Below are positions 26,995 through 35,851 of a DNA stretch of 64,000 nt, piece after piece. Every line of letters starts with the position of its first letter. Within the stretch, counting starts at the first letter, position 1. The stretch is from contig OY969900.1 in NCBI GenBank assembly GCA_963704475.1, positions 1,301,453-1,365,452 of the forward strand, in the 5' to 3' direction. Both the position numbers and the translations under genes were made by a program. Source of the stretch: an uncultured Alphaproteobacteria bacterium. Its GTDB lineage: Bacteria; Pseudomonadota; Alphaproteobacteria; UBA9655. The notes under the pieces are model-generated. The model ran no database searches and was not told the DNA's origin. It saw nothing but the letters and a program-made list of their open reading frames with translations.

Positions 26995-29900
26995 CTACAC
27001 AATCATCCGTAGCTGACGATTCATAACCGTTAACATTGCAAAATCAACTGTTGAGGCATTCATTAAATCAGAAAGGGTTGATTCCACCGTTGAGGTGGAA
27101 AGAATATCAGGAGTAAGTGTGCCATCTTCCTTAAAAAGGCTGTCTAAAGGTTTTCCAGCTATTAAGACTTTTTTTGTGAGATTTCGTTGGTTCAGATAGA
27201 GTTCTTCAATAAAAGAATTAGCTGCTCCTTGTTGCCAGTGGGTTTCTCCAGAAAGGCCTACGGCCGCCTTACGCAACCACTCAAATCCTAATTGTTGACC
27301 TAAGGCAAAATAAACCTGTGCAACTAATTTAATAGGAAGAGAGAGTTCCGTGCTTAGGGTGATGATATCTGGCGCCGAAACAAGGGGTTCTAAAGAGAGG
27401 AGTTTTTGGCTTAAAATGGTCGGCAATCCAAGGTGTTCATACTCGCGACATTTTTCTTCATAAAGTTTCCGAGTGTGTGGCGTAAATAAGTCAAAAAGAT
27501 CTTCCTTTAAGCTATCAAAATCCGGCTTAAAGGTATGCAGAAGTGTGTCAAGATCCTGCTGAATATTCCCAAAACGGAGAAACCAGTCTATGAAACGTTT
27601 CATGTTCTCATAAATAGTTAGCAGGAGAGTTTCTTGGAAAGAGGGGGGGAGATTTTCTAGCGTTTCTAGATCCTTCCAAAGAGAATAAAAATCAAGGAGT
27701 TCTCTTACAATTAAGTAAGCGCGTGCAACATCTGCACCCTCAACATTTGCTTGACGTTTCATCTCATGAATAAAAGTTATTCCCATATGATTAACAATAC
27801 TGCTGGTAAAAAGAGTAGCTATAATTTCCCGTCTTAGGGGGTGGTTTTTAATTTCTTCTTCATAAGCGTTTTGAAGCCGCTCAGGAAAATAATTCATGAG
27901 TCTTACATGCAAAAGTTTAAGATCTGGAACCTCTGAATGAATCAGCTGGTTTGTGAGGGATATCTTTGCATAGGCGAGTAGAACAGCTAATTCAGGACGC
28001 GTAAGGCCCTGCTTGTCTGCTATACGACGTGCGATTTCTGTTTCGTCTGGAAGATGTTCAAGATCACGATTTAAAAGCCCCTCTTCTTCTAAATCTCGCA
28101 TTAAGCGCGCTTGTTCATCCAAAAGACGAAGTCCTTGGGTTCGAGTAAGACTAATCGCTTGAGCTTGCGAAAAATTATCCTTTAGAACGAGCCGTGCAAC
28201 ATCATCCGTCATGTGATGAAGAAGAGCATTTCGTTTCTCAAACGTAAGGCCATTTTTAGCCATTACTTGGTTCAAGAGAATTTTGATATTAACTTCATGG
28301 TCAGAGCAATCAACACCTGCAGAATTATCAATAGCATCCGTATTAATTCGGCCCCCTCTTTTTGCATACTCGATCCGGCCGAGTTGGGTAACGCCTAAAT
28401 TTGCACCTTCTGCAATCACTAAAGCGCGGACCTCACCTCCATTAATGCGCAGGGCATCATTCACGCGGTCTTTCACATCATGGGAGGTTTCAGAAGTTGC
28501 TTTGATATACGTTCCAATTCCGCCTAACCAGATAAGGTCAACGGATGCTTTTAAAAGAGCCCGAATCAAGTCTGTGGGCGAGAGATAATCATTGTGAATC
28601 CCAAACAGAGCCTTTATTTGAGGGGTTATAGCAATGGATTTGGCTTGACGATTAAAAACCCCACCCCCTTCAGAGATGAGAGAGGGGTTATACTCTTCCC
28701 AAGTAGAAGAAGACAGATCAAAAAGTCGTTTTCGTTCCTGATAGCTTTTTTCTGGATGGGGAGCGGGATCGATAAAAATGTGGAGGTGGTTAAAAGCTGC
28801 GAGAAGTTTTAAATGGCGTGATAGGAGCATGCCATTCCCAAAGACGTCTCCAGACATATCCCCAATTCCTACAACCGTGAGCTCCTCTCTTGTTGCATCT
28901 CGCTCCATTTCACGGAAATGACGCTTAACTGACTCCCACGCTCCGCGCGCTGTAATTCCCATTTTTTTATGATCATAGCCTGTTGAACCGCCTGACGCAA
29001 AAGCATCTCCTAGCCAAAAATTATACTCCGCTGAAATTTGGTTGGCGTAATCAGAAAACGTTGATGTACCCTTGTCTGCCGCCACGACTAAATAGGGATC
29101 CTCTTCATCACGACAGATAACTTCTTGGGGAGAGACGATAAGTCCTTCTTGAATCGTATCCGTTAAATCCAAAAGCCCGCGCATCATGGTTTGATAGCAT
29201 CTGATCCCTTCTTCGTGTAAAGAGCCGTCAGACGGGGGTTGTTTTATAATAAACCCACCTTTTGATCCGACGGGGATAATAACTGCATTTTTGACCATTT
29301 GGGCTTTCATGAGTCCCAAAATTTCTGTTCGGAAATCTTCCTTGCGATCGGACCAGCGAATGCCGCCGCGTGCGATTTTTCCGCCGCGTAAATGAATGGC
29401 TTCAACGCTAGGGGAATAAACAAATATCTCATATTTGGGGCGAGGAAGAGGCATCTCATCAATGGCTCGGCAATCGATTTTAAAGGATAAATAGGGTTTT
29501 GGCTTACCCTTTTGGAGCTGATAGAAGTTAGTTCGAAGGATTGAGCTGATGACATTAACAAAGTTTCTTAAAATGTATTCTTCATCAAGACTCTCGGCAG
29601 AAATCAACAAATTCTTAATGTTATTTAAAATTTCTTCTCTTCCCCTGTTTCGGTCCTCTGTGTACTGGAAAGAAAACTGACAGACAAAAAGCTGCATCAT
29701 TAAGCGACAAACAAGAGGATATTTTGCAAGCGTTTCTTCCATGTAAATTTGGCTGAATGTTGCTGAAAGTTGACGAATATATTTTGCAATGGCGCGCATA
29801 AGTCCACATTCGCGCCAGTTAAAATTTGCTTGAATAATGAGCTTGTTAAAACCGTCGTTCTCAACATCTCCTCGCCAAATACGGTCAAATCCTTCTAAGA

Positions 29901-31818
29901 AATTATTTTTGACGCGATCTAAATCGATAGGATCTTTTGTTCGGGTTTGCATCTCAAAATCATGGATCCAAATTTTCTGAGCATCGATGCGCGTTACGAT
30001 GAAAGGAATTTCATTTAAAACACTTAGATGCATATTTTCTAGAACAGGCAGGATGTCAGAAAGAGACAAAGGTCCCGTCACAGAATAAATCTTAAGTTTG
30101 AGTTGGCTTTTGTCTTGGTCCTTTTCACGGCTTAAATTAGCCTGTAGGCGATTTTTAGAGAAGGCTTGGTTTATTTCAAGTATATCAGTAATAGCATCCG
30201 ATATTGAAAATTGTTCTTGATACCCTTTGGAAAACCCTTGACCAAACCATTCAAAAAGGTGCAATCCCTTTTCTTCACCTACAGAAGCAAGAAGGGCATT
30301 CCGTAGTTCATCCCGCCAGGTGAGTGCGGCCTCTCTCAGTGCATTTTCTATCTCATTATGGTTAAAAGTGAGGGGTCTAAGAAGGTTGATCGTATAATGA
30401 ATCCGCGCAAAGGCAAGCTCTCCCAATTGAACTTGCCAATTTGTTAGTTTTCCATGAAATTTTTTCTCAAGAATTTCCTCAATTTTGCGCCTTAATTCAC
30501 TATCATACCTTTCCCGAGGAATGTAGACGAGACAGGAGACAAAGCGCTCAAACTTATCTGGCCTAACGAAAAGAGTAAGCCGCTGGCGATTCTGGAGTTG
30601 AAGAATAGCCATGCTTGTGTCAAACAGCCAGTCTTCGGATGCTTGAAAAAGCTCATCTCTTGGGAAGGACTCGAGGATATGAATAAGTGTTTTTCCATCA
30701 TGCCAGTCTTCAGAAAAACCAGAGCGAGTCAAAATATGCGAGACTTTCTGCCGAAGCAGAGGGATATCGCGTACACTTCTTCTATAAGCAACAGAGGTAA
30801 AAAGACCAATGAATTCATAGAGTCCAACAAGTTTTCCTTCCTCATCAAACTGCTTGATTGTAATAGAATCAAGAGGGTCCCGCCGATGGACACGAGAAAC
30901 TTGAGTTGTTTTTGTAATTATAAGAGGAGGGGATTCAATAATATATCGTTGATGAGCAGGGGTAAGATTAACACCCCCAAGAATTTGGAAGATTTCTTGT
31001 TTTAGGGGGTCTTTTAAAATACCGAGGCCGCTTTCAGAAATAAGGCTGTGCTTGACTTTTTTTTTGTCTAGGATCAGTGAGTATTCACAAAAACCTAAGA
31101 ATGTAAAATGATTATTCTCAATCCATTCAAGAAAAGAAATAGTCTCACTCACCTCTTCTCTGGCAATAGGAGGTGGATTTTTCTTCATGCTTACGATTGC
31201 TTTTTTGAGATGGTTCTGCATGGGGATCCAGTCCTCAACAGCAAGACGGACATCATCAAGAGTGGCGACAAGCTCATGGGTCAATATGTTCATCTTGTCA
31301 GGGGACAAAAAGTCTAAAATATCACACTGAATGAAAGCTTCCTGGGGGGTATTTGTTTTTTTAGAGGTTCGTTTTGAGACACTTTTTAGCATATGCAGTT
31401 TATCTCGTTCCACTTGCATGACGGGGTGAATGACGAGATTAATCGAATAGCCTAGGCTATTGATAACCCCTGTAACTGAGTCCACGAGGAAAGGCATGTC
31501 ATCCGTGAGAACCTCTACAATCGTTTGAGGAAGAAGCTTGTTTTTTACCTTTCTTTTTTTTGTGTATACACGGATTTTTGATTGCCCTGGAACTCTCTCC
31601 TGACTAAACGTCCACATGTCAAAGGCGGATGCTTCTAAGGCTTTTTTTGATGTCTCAATCAGATCTTCTAGAGGGACATTGGCATAGTAAAGATGCGCAA
31701 ACGTTTCTGCAGCTAGTTGCAAAGCAGGGGATACACGTTGCTTTAGCTTGAGAGCAATATATTCCACAATTGTTTTTTTATCTGCGATTTTAGATATAGC
31801 CATCTTCTCTCCTATCAT
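26995..31818 (-). CDS. gdhZ: NAD-specific glutamate dehydrogenase, large (about 180 kDa) type
   Basis: 1607 aa. The size and central catalytic region (GGIRWSDRKEDFRTEILGLMKAQMVKNAVIIPVGSKGGF, ADKGTSTFSDYAN) are typical of PF05088 Bac_GDH. Confidence 0.9.
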   Translation of the reverse strand: MIGEKMAISKIADKKTIVEYIALKLKQRVSPALQLAAETFAHLYYANVPLEDLIETSKKALEASAFDMWTFSQERVPGQSKIRVYTKKRKVKNKLLPQTIVEVLTDDMPFLVDSVTGVINSLGYSINLVIHPVMQVERDKLHMLKSVSKRTSKKTNTPQEAFIQCDILDFLSPDKMNILTHELVATLDDVRLAVEDWIPMQNHLKKAIVSMKKNPPPIAREEVSETISFLEWIENNHFTFLGFCEYSLILDKKKVKHSLISESGLGILKDPLKQEIFQILGGVNLTPAHQRYIIESPPLIITKTTQVSRVHRRDPLDSITIKQFDEEGKLVGLYEFIGLFTSVAYRRSVRDIPLLRQKVSHILTRSGFSEDWHDGKTLIHILESFPRDELFQASEDWLFDTSMAILQLQNRQRLTLFVRPDKFERFVSCLVYIPRERYDSELRRKIEEILEKKFHGKLTNWQVQLGELAFARIHYTINLLRPLTFNHNEIENALREAALTWRDELRNALLASVGEEKGLHLFEWFGQGFSKGYQEQFSISDAITDILEINQAFSKNRLQANLSREKDQDKSQLKLKIYSVTGPLSLSDILPVLENMHLSVLNEIPFIVTRIDAQKIWIHDFEMQTRTKDPIDLDRVKNNFLEGFDRIWRGDVENDGFNKLIIQANFNWRECGLMRAIAKYIRQLSATFSQIYMEETLAKYPLVCRLMMQLFVCQFSFQYTEDRNRGREEILNNIKNLLISAESLDEEYILRNFVNVISSILRTNFYQLQKGKPKPYLSFKIDCRAIDEMPLPRPKYEIFVYSPSVEAIHLRGGKIARGGIRWSDRKEDFRTEILGLMKAQMVKNAVIIPVGSKGGFIIKQPPSDGSLHEEGIRCYQTMMRGLLDLTDTIQEGLIVSPQEVICRDEEDPYLVVAADKGTSTFSDYANQISAEYNFWLGDAFASGGSTGYDHKKMGITARGAWESVKRHFREMERDATREELTVVGIGDMSGDVFGNGMLLSRHLKLLAAFNHLHIFIDPAPHPEKSYQERKRLFDLSSSTWEEYNPSLISEGGGVFNRQAKSIAITPQIKALFGIHNDYLSPTDLIRALLKASVDLIWLGGIGTYIKATSETSHDVKDRVNDALRINGGEVRALVIAEGANLGVTQLGRIEYAKRGGRINTDAIDNSAGVDCSDHEVNIKILLNQVMAKNGLTFEKRNALLHHMTDDVARLVLKDNFSQAQAISLTRTQGLRLLDEQARLMRDLEEEGLLNRDLEHLPDETEIARRIADKQGLTRPELAVLLAYAKISLTNQLIHSEVPDLKLLHVRLMNYFPERLQNAYEEEIKNHPLRREIIATLFTSSIVNHMGITFIHEMKRQANVEGADVARAYLIVRELLDFYSLWKDLETLENLPPSFQETLLLTIYENMKRFIDWFLRFGNIQQDLDTLLHTFKPDFDSLKEDLFDLFTPHTRKLYEEKCREYEHLGLPTILSQKLLSLEPLVSAPDIITLSTELSLPIKLVAQVYFALGQQLGFEWLRKAAVGLSGETHWQQGAANSFIEELYLNQRNLTKKVLIAGKPLDSLFKEDGTLTPDILSTSTVESTLSDLMNASTVDFAMLTVMNRQLRMIV

Positions 31819-31889
31819 TTCAGTATGCCAAAAAAAAAGAACAAAAGCTAAGTATTTAATTAGTGATCTGGAAAGGATGTCATAGGCGC

Positions 31890-31966
31890 TGGCGCGCCCG
31901 AAGGGATTTGAACCCCTGACCTTTGCCTCCGGAGGGCAACGCTCTATCCAGCTGAGCTACGGGCGC
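31890..31966 (-). tRNA. tRNA-Arg (anticodon CCG)
   Basis: The reverse complement GCGCCCGTAGCTCAGCTGGATAGAGCGTTGCCCTCCGGAGGCAAAGGTCAGGGGTTCAAATCCCTTCGGGCGCGCCA folds as a cloverleaf with anticodon loop CTCCGGA and an encoded CCA. Confidence 0.9.
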
Positions 31967-32068
31967 ATGTGGTTTGTAAGCTAACGTACAGTTAGCAGAA
32001 TCTTTTAAGGCTGTCATTAAAATAGGTTCTCTATTTCCATTCGTCTTCTTTTCCCTTAAAAGAAAGAG

Positions 32069-32554
32069 ATGAGTATATCAGAAACACAATTTCGTAAGAT
32101 CCTTGGCCTTTTTCCAACAGGGGTGACCGTTGTGACGGCCTCAGCGGGTGAAGGGAAGGATATTGGAATCACGATTAGCTCTTTGACGTCTCTTTCTTTG
32201 AATCCGCCTCAAGTCTTATTTTGTCTTTCTAAAAGTTCAAAAACAATGCCTATCTTTAAAGCCGCACGGCATTTTGCGGTTAATATCCTCACTGAGGATC
32301 AACATCATCTTTCCGATGGGTTTGCACGCCACATTCCTTTAGAATGGGAAAAAGTAGAAACCCATCGCCATCCTGAGACAGGCTGCCTTTTGCTGAATGA
32401 TGCTCTTGGGTATATCATTTGTGAGAAAGGGGTTCTCTATGAAGGAGGAGATCATGAGATTATCATTGGACGCGTCATTGATTTAAAAGAAGCCCCCCCC
32501 GCTTTGCCGCTTATTCGTCAAAAGGGACAGTATTTAACGACGCAGTCGATTTGA
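32069..32554 (+). CDS. flavin reductase family protein
   Basis: 161 aa. FRKILGLFPTGVTVVTA and a split-barrel FMN-binding pattern. Confidence 0.8.
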   Translation: MSISETQFRKILGLFPTGVTVVTASAGEGKDIGITISSLTSLSLNPPQVLFCLSKSSKTMPIFKAARHFAVNILTEDQHHLSDGFARHIPLEWEKVETHRHPETGCLLLNDALGYIICEKGVLYEGGDHEIIIGRVIDLKEAPPALPLIRQKGQYLTTQSI

Positions 32555-32593
32555 GGGTGAAGCTATTTTTTGTAATAAGGAATCATGGTGTAG

Positions 32594-32869
32594 ATGGTGC
32601 AAGAAAGAGAGAAAAGGATGAGTAAGTCTCGGCATTCAGTTTATGTGGAAGGTAAAAAATCTTATTCTTGGTGTACGTGTCAGTTAAGCAAAAACATGCC
32701 TTTTTGTGATGGTTCTCATCACGGAACAGCATACAAATCCCTCAAATTTTCATGTCTTCGATCAGGTGAAATGGATATTTGTGGATGTGGAAGTACATCG
32801 AGTGCACCATTTTGTGACAAAAATTGTTTTAACGCCGCCGCTCAACAAGATGTCCTTGATCAAAAATAA
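32594..32869 (+). CDS. CDGSH iron-sulfur domain protein
   Basis: Two CDGSH-type motifs: [17 protein letters not shown] and [16 protein letters not shown]. Confidence 0.8.
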   Translation: MVQEREKRMSKSRHSVYVEGKKSYSWCTCQLSKNMPFCDGSHHGTAYKSLKFSCLRSGEMDICGCGSTSSAPFCDKNCFNAAAQQDVLDQK

Positions 32870-33347
32870 GAATTTTCAGAACGGCTCCCTTTTCATTATA
32901 GCTGACAAACTCTCCCTGACGTTTTCCTTGAACATAGGTTCCTGAAGCGAAAACAGCTCCTGAGGGGTAATATACAGTCATTTGTCCCTCAAGGCGATCT
33001 TGGTGATAGTGAAGAATCTTTTTAACACGTCCAAATTCATCGTATGCCACATAAGGGCCTTCCTTTTGTCCTTGGTTGAAATGAAGCTGTGTACGTACCA
33101 AGCCATTTGCATCATGGAATGTGGTTTCTCCATGCAACTGACCTCCATGAAAATGAGTACGCATACACGTCCCGTCTTTTCTATAAAATTCAGCAGGTCC
33201 ATGGAGGACCCCGTTTTGATAAGTTGCGCGGTGGTTTGTTTGCTCTCTGACCTGGAGTGCCGGAGTCTGAACCGCCTGCTCTTCTCCCTCTGGTGCCGTA
33301 GTATCAGGCGGAAGTTCTTCTGATATAGGGCTGAGTTTTTCTATCAT
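32829..33347 (-). CDS. MORN-variant repeat (YwqK-like) protein
   Basis: 172 aa. Repeats [13 protein letters not shown] / [11 protein letters not shown] / [17 protein letters not shown] / [12 protein letters not shown] / [15 protein letters not shown]. The start codon overlaps the vgrG stop (ATGA). Confidence 0.72.
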   Translation of the reverse strand: MIEKLSPISEELPPDTTAPEGEEQAVQTPALQVREQTNHRATYQNGVLHGPAEFYRKDGTCMRTHFHGGQLHGETTFHDANGLVRTQLHFNQGQKEGPYVAYDEFGRVKKILHYHQDRLEGQMTVYYPSGAVFASGTYVQGKRQGEFVSYNEKGAVLKILIFDQGHLVERRR

Positions 33348-35611
33348 AGGACCATCGGTATTTGACCATCAATGGTGACAAGTCCCATAAGTTCGATGGT
33401 TGCTGCTGTTTCAACAATCGAAGCTCCAGCGGTGAGTTCAAGAGCTGCCCCAGCTGTTATGGCGGCATTGGCGCCTGCGGTGAGCTCGACAGCGGCACCT
33501 GCAGTTATTGCCGCATCTGCTGCAGCTGTGATTGTAACGGCTGCGCCCGCTGTGATTTCCGCTGCTTCTCCGGCTGTCATGGCAAGAGCCGCACCCGCTG
33601 TTATTGATGCCTCTGCGCCAGATGTGAGTGTCAGAGCCGCACCCGCTGCTATTGCCGTATCCGCTCCCGCTTTGAGGGACATCGCACCCCCTACGTCCGT
33701 ACTCAATGCAGCGGCTGTCTTTATATTCACCCCTTTTGCGGCATCAATATTAAAAGTACCTGTGCATTTGACAGACATGTTGCCATCAACATCAAAGCTT
33801 ACATTGCCTTTCGTACAGGTAACCGTGATATTTCCCTCCATCAGCTTAATTGAATAATTTCCCTTATCAATTTGTAGGGATTTATTTCCTTTTGTTAATT
33901 TTACGCTGACATTGCCATCCGTTAATTGGAGGGAATAATCACCCTTATCGATATGAATGGATTTATTCCCGTTCTTTAATGTTAAACTGTCATTACTTTT
34001 GTCGCCGGAGCGTTTTTCAAGATGTTCTTCTTTGGACTGAAGTGTAATGGTTCGGTTGCCGCCAACAACCGTAATTTCCTGGTTGTTTTGGACAAGAACC
34101 TTTAAATCTTTTTGAGCATGGAGATAAATCTCCTCCTCGCCCTTTTTATCTTCAAACCGTAACTCGTTGTAGCCTGGTTCTGACTCTTCGCCTTTTTTAG
34201 ATGTTTGAGTTTTTATTGTTGCTTTTGTTGGGTGACCTGGCAAATAGGGGGGCTTGTGGTCCCCATTATAAACGGATCCTACAACCAGGGGCTTATCTGG
34301 GTCCCCATCAATGAAGGATACAACTACCTCTTGACCTACACGGGGGGTAAATAATGTCCCCCAGGTTTGTCCGGCCCATAGGGTTGCAACGCGAATCCAG
34401 CACGAGGTTGAATCATCGTTTTTTTCTGAGGGATCCCAGTGAAATTTAACCTTAATACGACCGTATTCTTCCGTATAAATTTCTTCGCCTTTTTTCCCCG
34501 TCACTTTGGCTGTCTGTGTGCCATAGATATAAGGTTTTGGGGTAATGAGAGGTGCTTTAAACGGAACAGTGGCTGGAAAGGCCCGATAGCTATTTTCATA
34601 AAGGTGCTGGCCTTCTTCTTCCGGCACACGTCGCGCTTCATGGATCACTTCCATCAACACGTATTCTAAGTTTGCATCCTCTCGCGGGTGCTCTTTCAAG
34701 TGGAACTTGTATCCAGCAAGAAAGAAGGGAACAGTTGAAAGGCCTTCCACCATTTTTTGAGATCTTTCTGCGGCTTGGAGCTTTACCTTACTTAAGCTAT
34801 CTCCACGGCTTTGTTTGTCATAAATTTCCTCATAATCCGTGAGATTCCCTCCCCCACTCGTCGAATTTCCTGTAGCAAGGGCTTTAAGCTGCGTTTGAGG
34901 CGTTAGATAATTATAACTCTTCAGTGTGTTGCTTTTAGGAACAATACGCTGTGTAATACAGCAAGAACTAACACGTAGCATAACCTGGTCCATAACGGCA
35001 CTATCATGAAAGTTTGCAGAAGCAGCATGAGGACACGGATGATGCGCTGCTGGTGCATCTGCCAGAACAAGGGTATGATTGTCTTTCGTTTGCTGAAAGA
35101 AATAAAAAATCCCCTCTCTCTCCATGAGTCGTGAGATAAAATTAAAGTCTGTTTCATTATATTGAACACAAAAATCAAGGGGAGCCTTGCCAGAATGTGT
35201 CACCTTATCTGAATGAGGAATTTGGTGTTCACTCAAAACATGTTTGATGATGTCAATGGCGGACTTGTTTTGGAAAATACGACATTGCCCAGAAAACGTT
35301 AAAAGCCAAAGTTTAGGGTAAAGAATCGCTTTATAATTTGTTTGATATTTTAGGGGTTTAAAGGGTGTGTCATCTTGTTCAAAACACCCAATAATTCCAT
35401 TGTAGGTACGGGTTTCAGATCCTATTTTAAGAGAAACCGTTGCGCTTTTCCCCATCAATGAGCTGAAATTTACAGTACGACTTTCAGATGTCATGAAAAG
35501 CGTATATTCAAACAGAGAAGATAGACGTTCAATGCCTCGGAAACTTTGGAGTGTAAAAGTCTCAGAAGGTGTTTTGACATCTAAAAAGACTTTATCTTTC
35601 TGATCCGGCAT
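33344..35611 (-). CDS. vgrG: type VI secretion spike protein VgrG
   Basis: FTLQSFRGIERLSSLFEYTLFM N-terminus, GQEVVVSFIDGDPDKPLVVGSVYNG gp5 OB motif, and a C-terminal 8-residue beta-helix repeat (ITAGAALE/LTAGANAA...). The ATG at 35611 with an AGGA RBS is preferred over the TTG at 35644. Confidence 0.9.
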   Translation of the reverse strand: MPDQKDKVFLDVKTPSETFTLQSFRGIERLSSLFEYTLFMTSESRTVNFSSLMGKSATVSLKIGSETRTYNGIIGCFEQDDTPFKPLKYQTNYKAILYPKLWLLTFSGQCRIFQNKSAIDIIKHVLSEHQIPHSDKVTHSGKAPLDFCVQYNETDFNFISRLMEREGIFYFFQQTKDNHTLVLADAPAAHHPCPHAASANFHDSAVMDQVMLRVSSCCITQRIVPKSNTLKSYNYLTPQTQLKALATGNSTSGGGNLTDYEEIYDKQSRGDSLSKVKLQAAERSQKMVEGLSTVPFFLAGYKFHLKEHPREDANLEYVLMEVIHEARRVPEEEGQHLYENSYRAFPATVPFKAPLITPKPYIYGTQTAKVTGKKGEEIYTEEYGRIKVKFHWDPSEKNDDSTSCWIRVATLWAGQTWGTLFTPRVGQEVVVSFIDGDPDKPLVVGSVYNGDHKPPYLPGHPTKATIKTQTSKKGEESEPGYNELRFEDKKGEEEIYLHAQKDLKVLVQNNQEITVVGGNRTITLQSKEEHLEKRSGDKSNDSLTLKNGNKSIHIDKGDYSLQLTDGNVSVKLTKGNKSLQIDKGNYSIKLMEGNITVTCTKGNVSFDVDGNMSVKCTGTFNIDAAKGVNIKTAAALSTDVGGAMSLKAGADTAIAAGAALTLTSGAEASITAGAALAMTAGEAAEITAGAAVTITAAADAAITAGAAVELTAGANAAITAGAALELTAGASIVETAATIELMGLVTIDGQIPMVL

Positions 35612-35851
35612 CTTTATTCCTTTTTTATTTCCTGCCGCCGTCAACTGCTTTTTTTGGAGTTTTCGAGAATGAGTATGCCGTAAGCAAAGGTATATTTCAA
35701 AAGCTTTCTGAGCGTAATCCTGACTTCTTAAATACTAATTCTATATTTACTCTATACTTAATTTATACAATTTATTTACTGTATTTAACAAATAATAAAC
35801 TATTTTAATTTATTATAAAAGTATAGAGAATATTTTTGTATATGGAGTACG

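Noticed and set aside
33372-33857. A 161-aa Ala-rich ORF (and 33362-33607) on the plus strand.
   Set aside because: It is antisense to the GCN-rich beta-helix repeats at the vgrG C-terminus, so it is a low-complexity shadow ORF.
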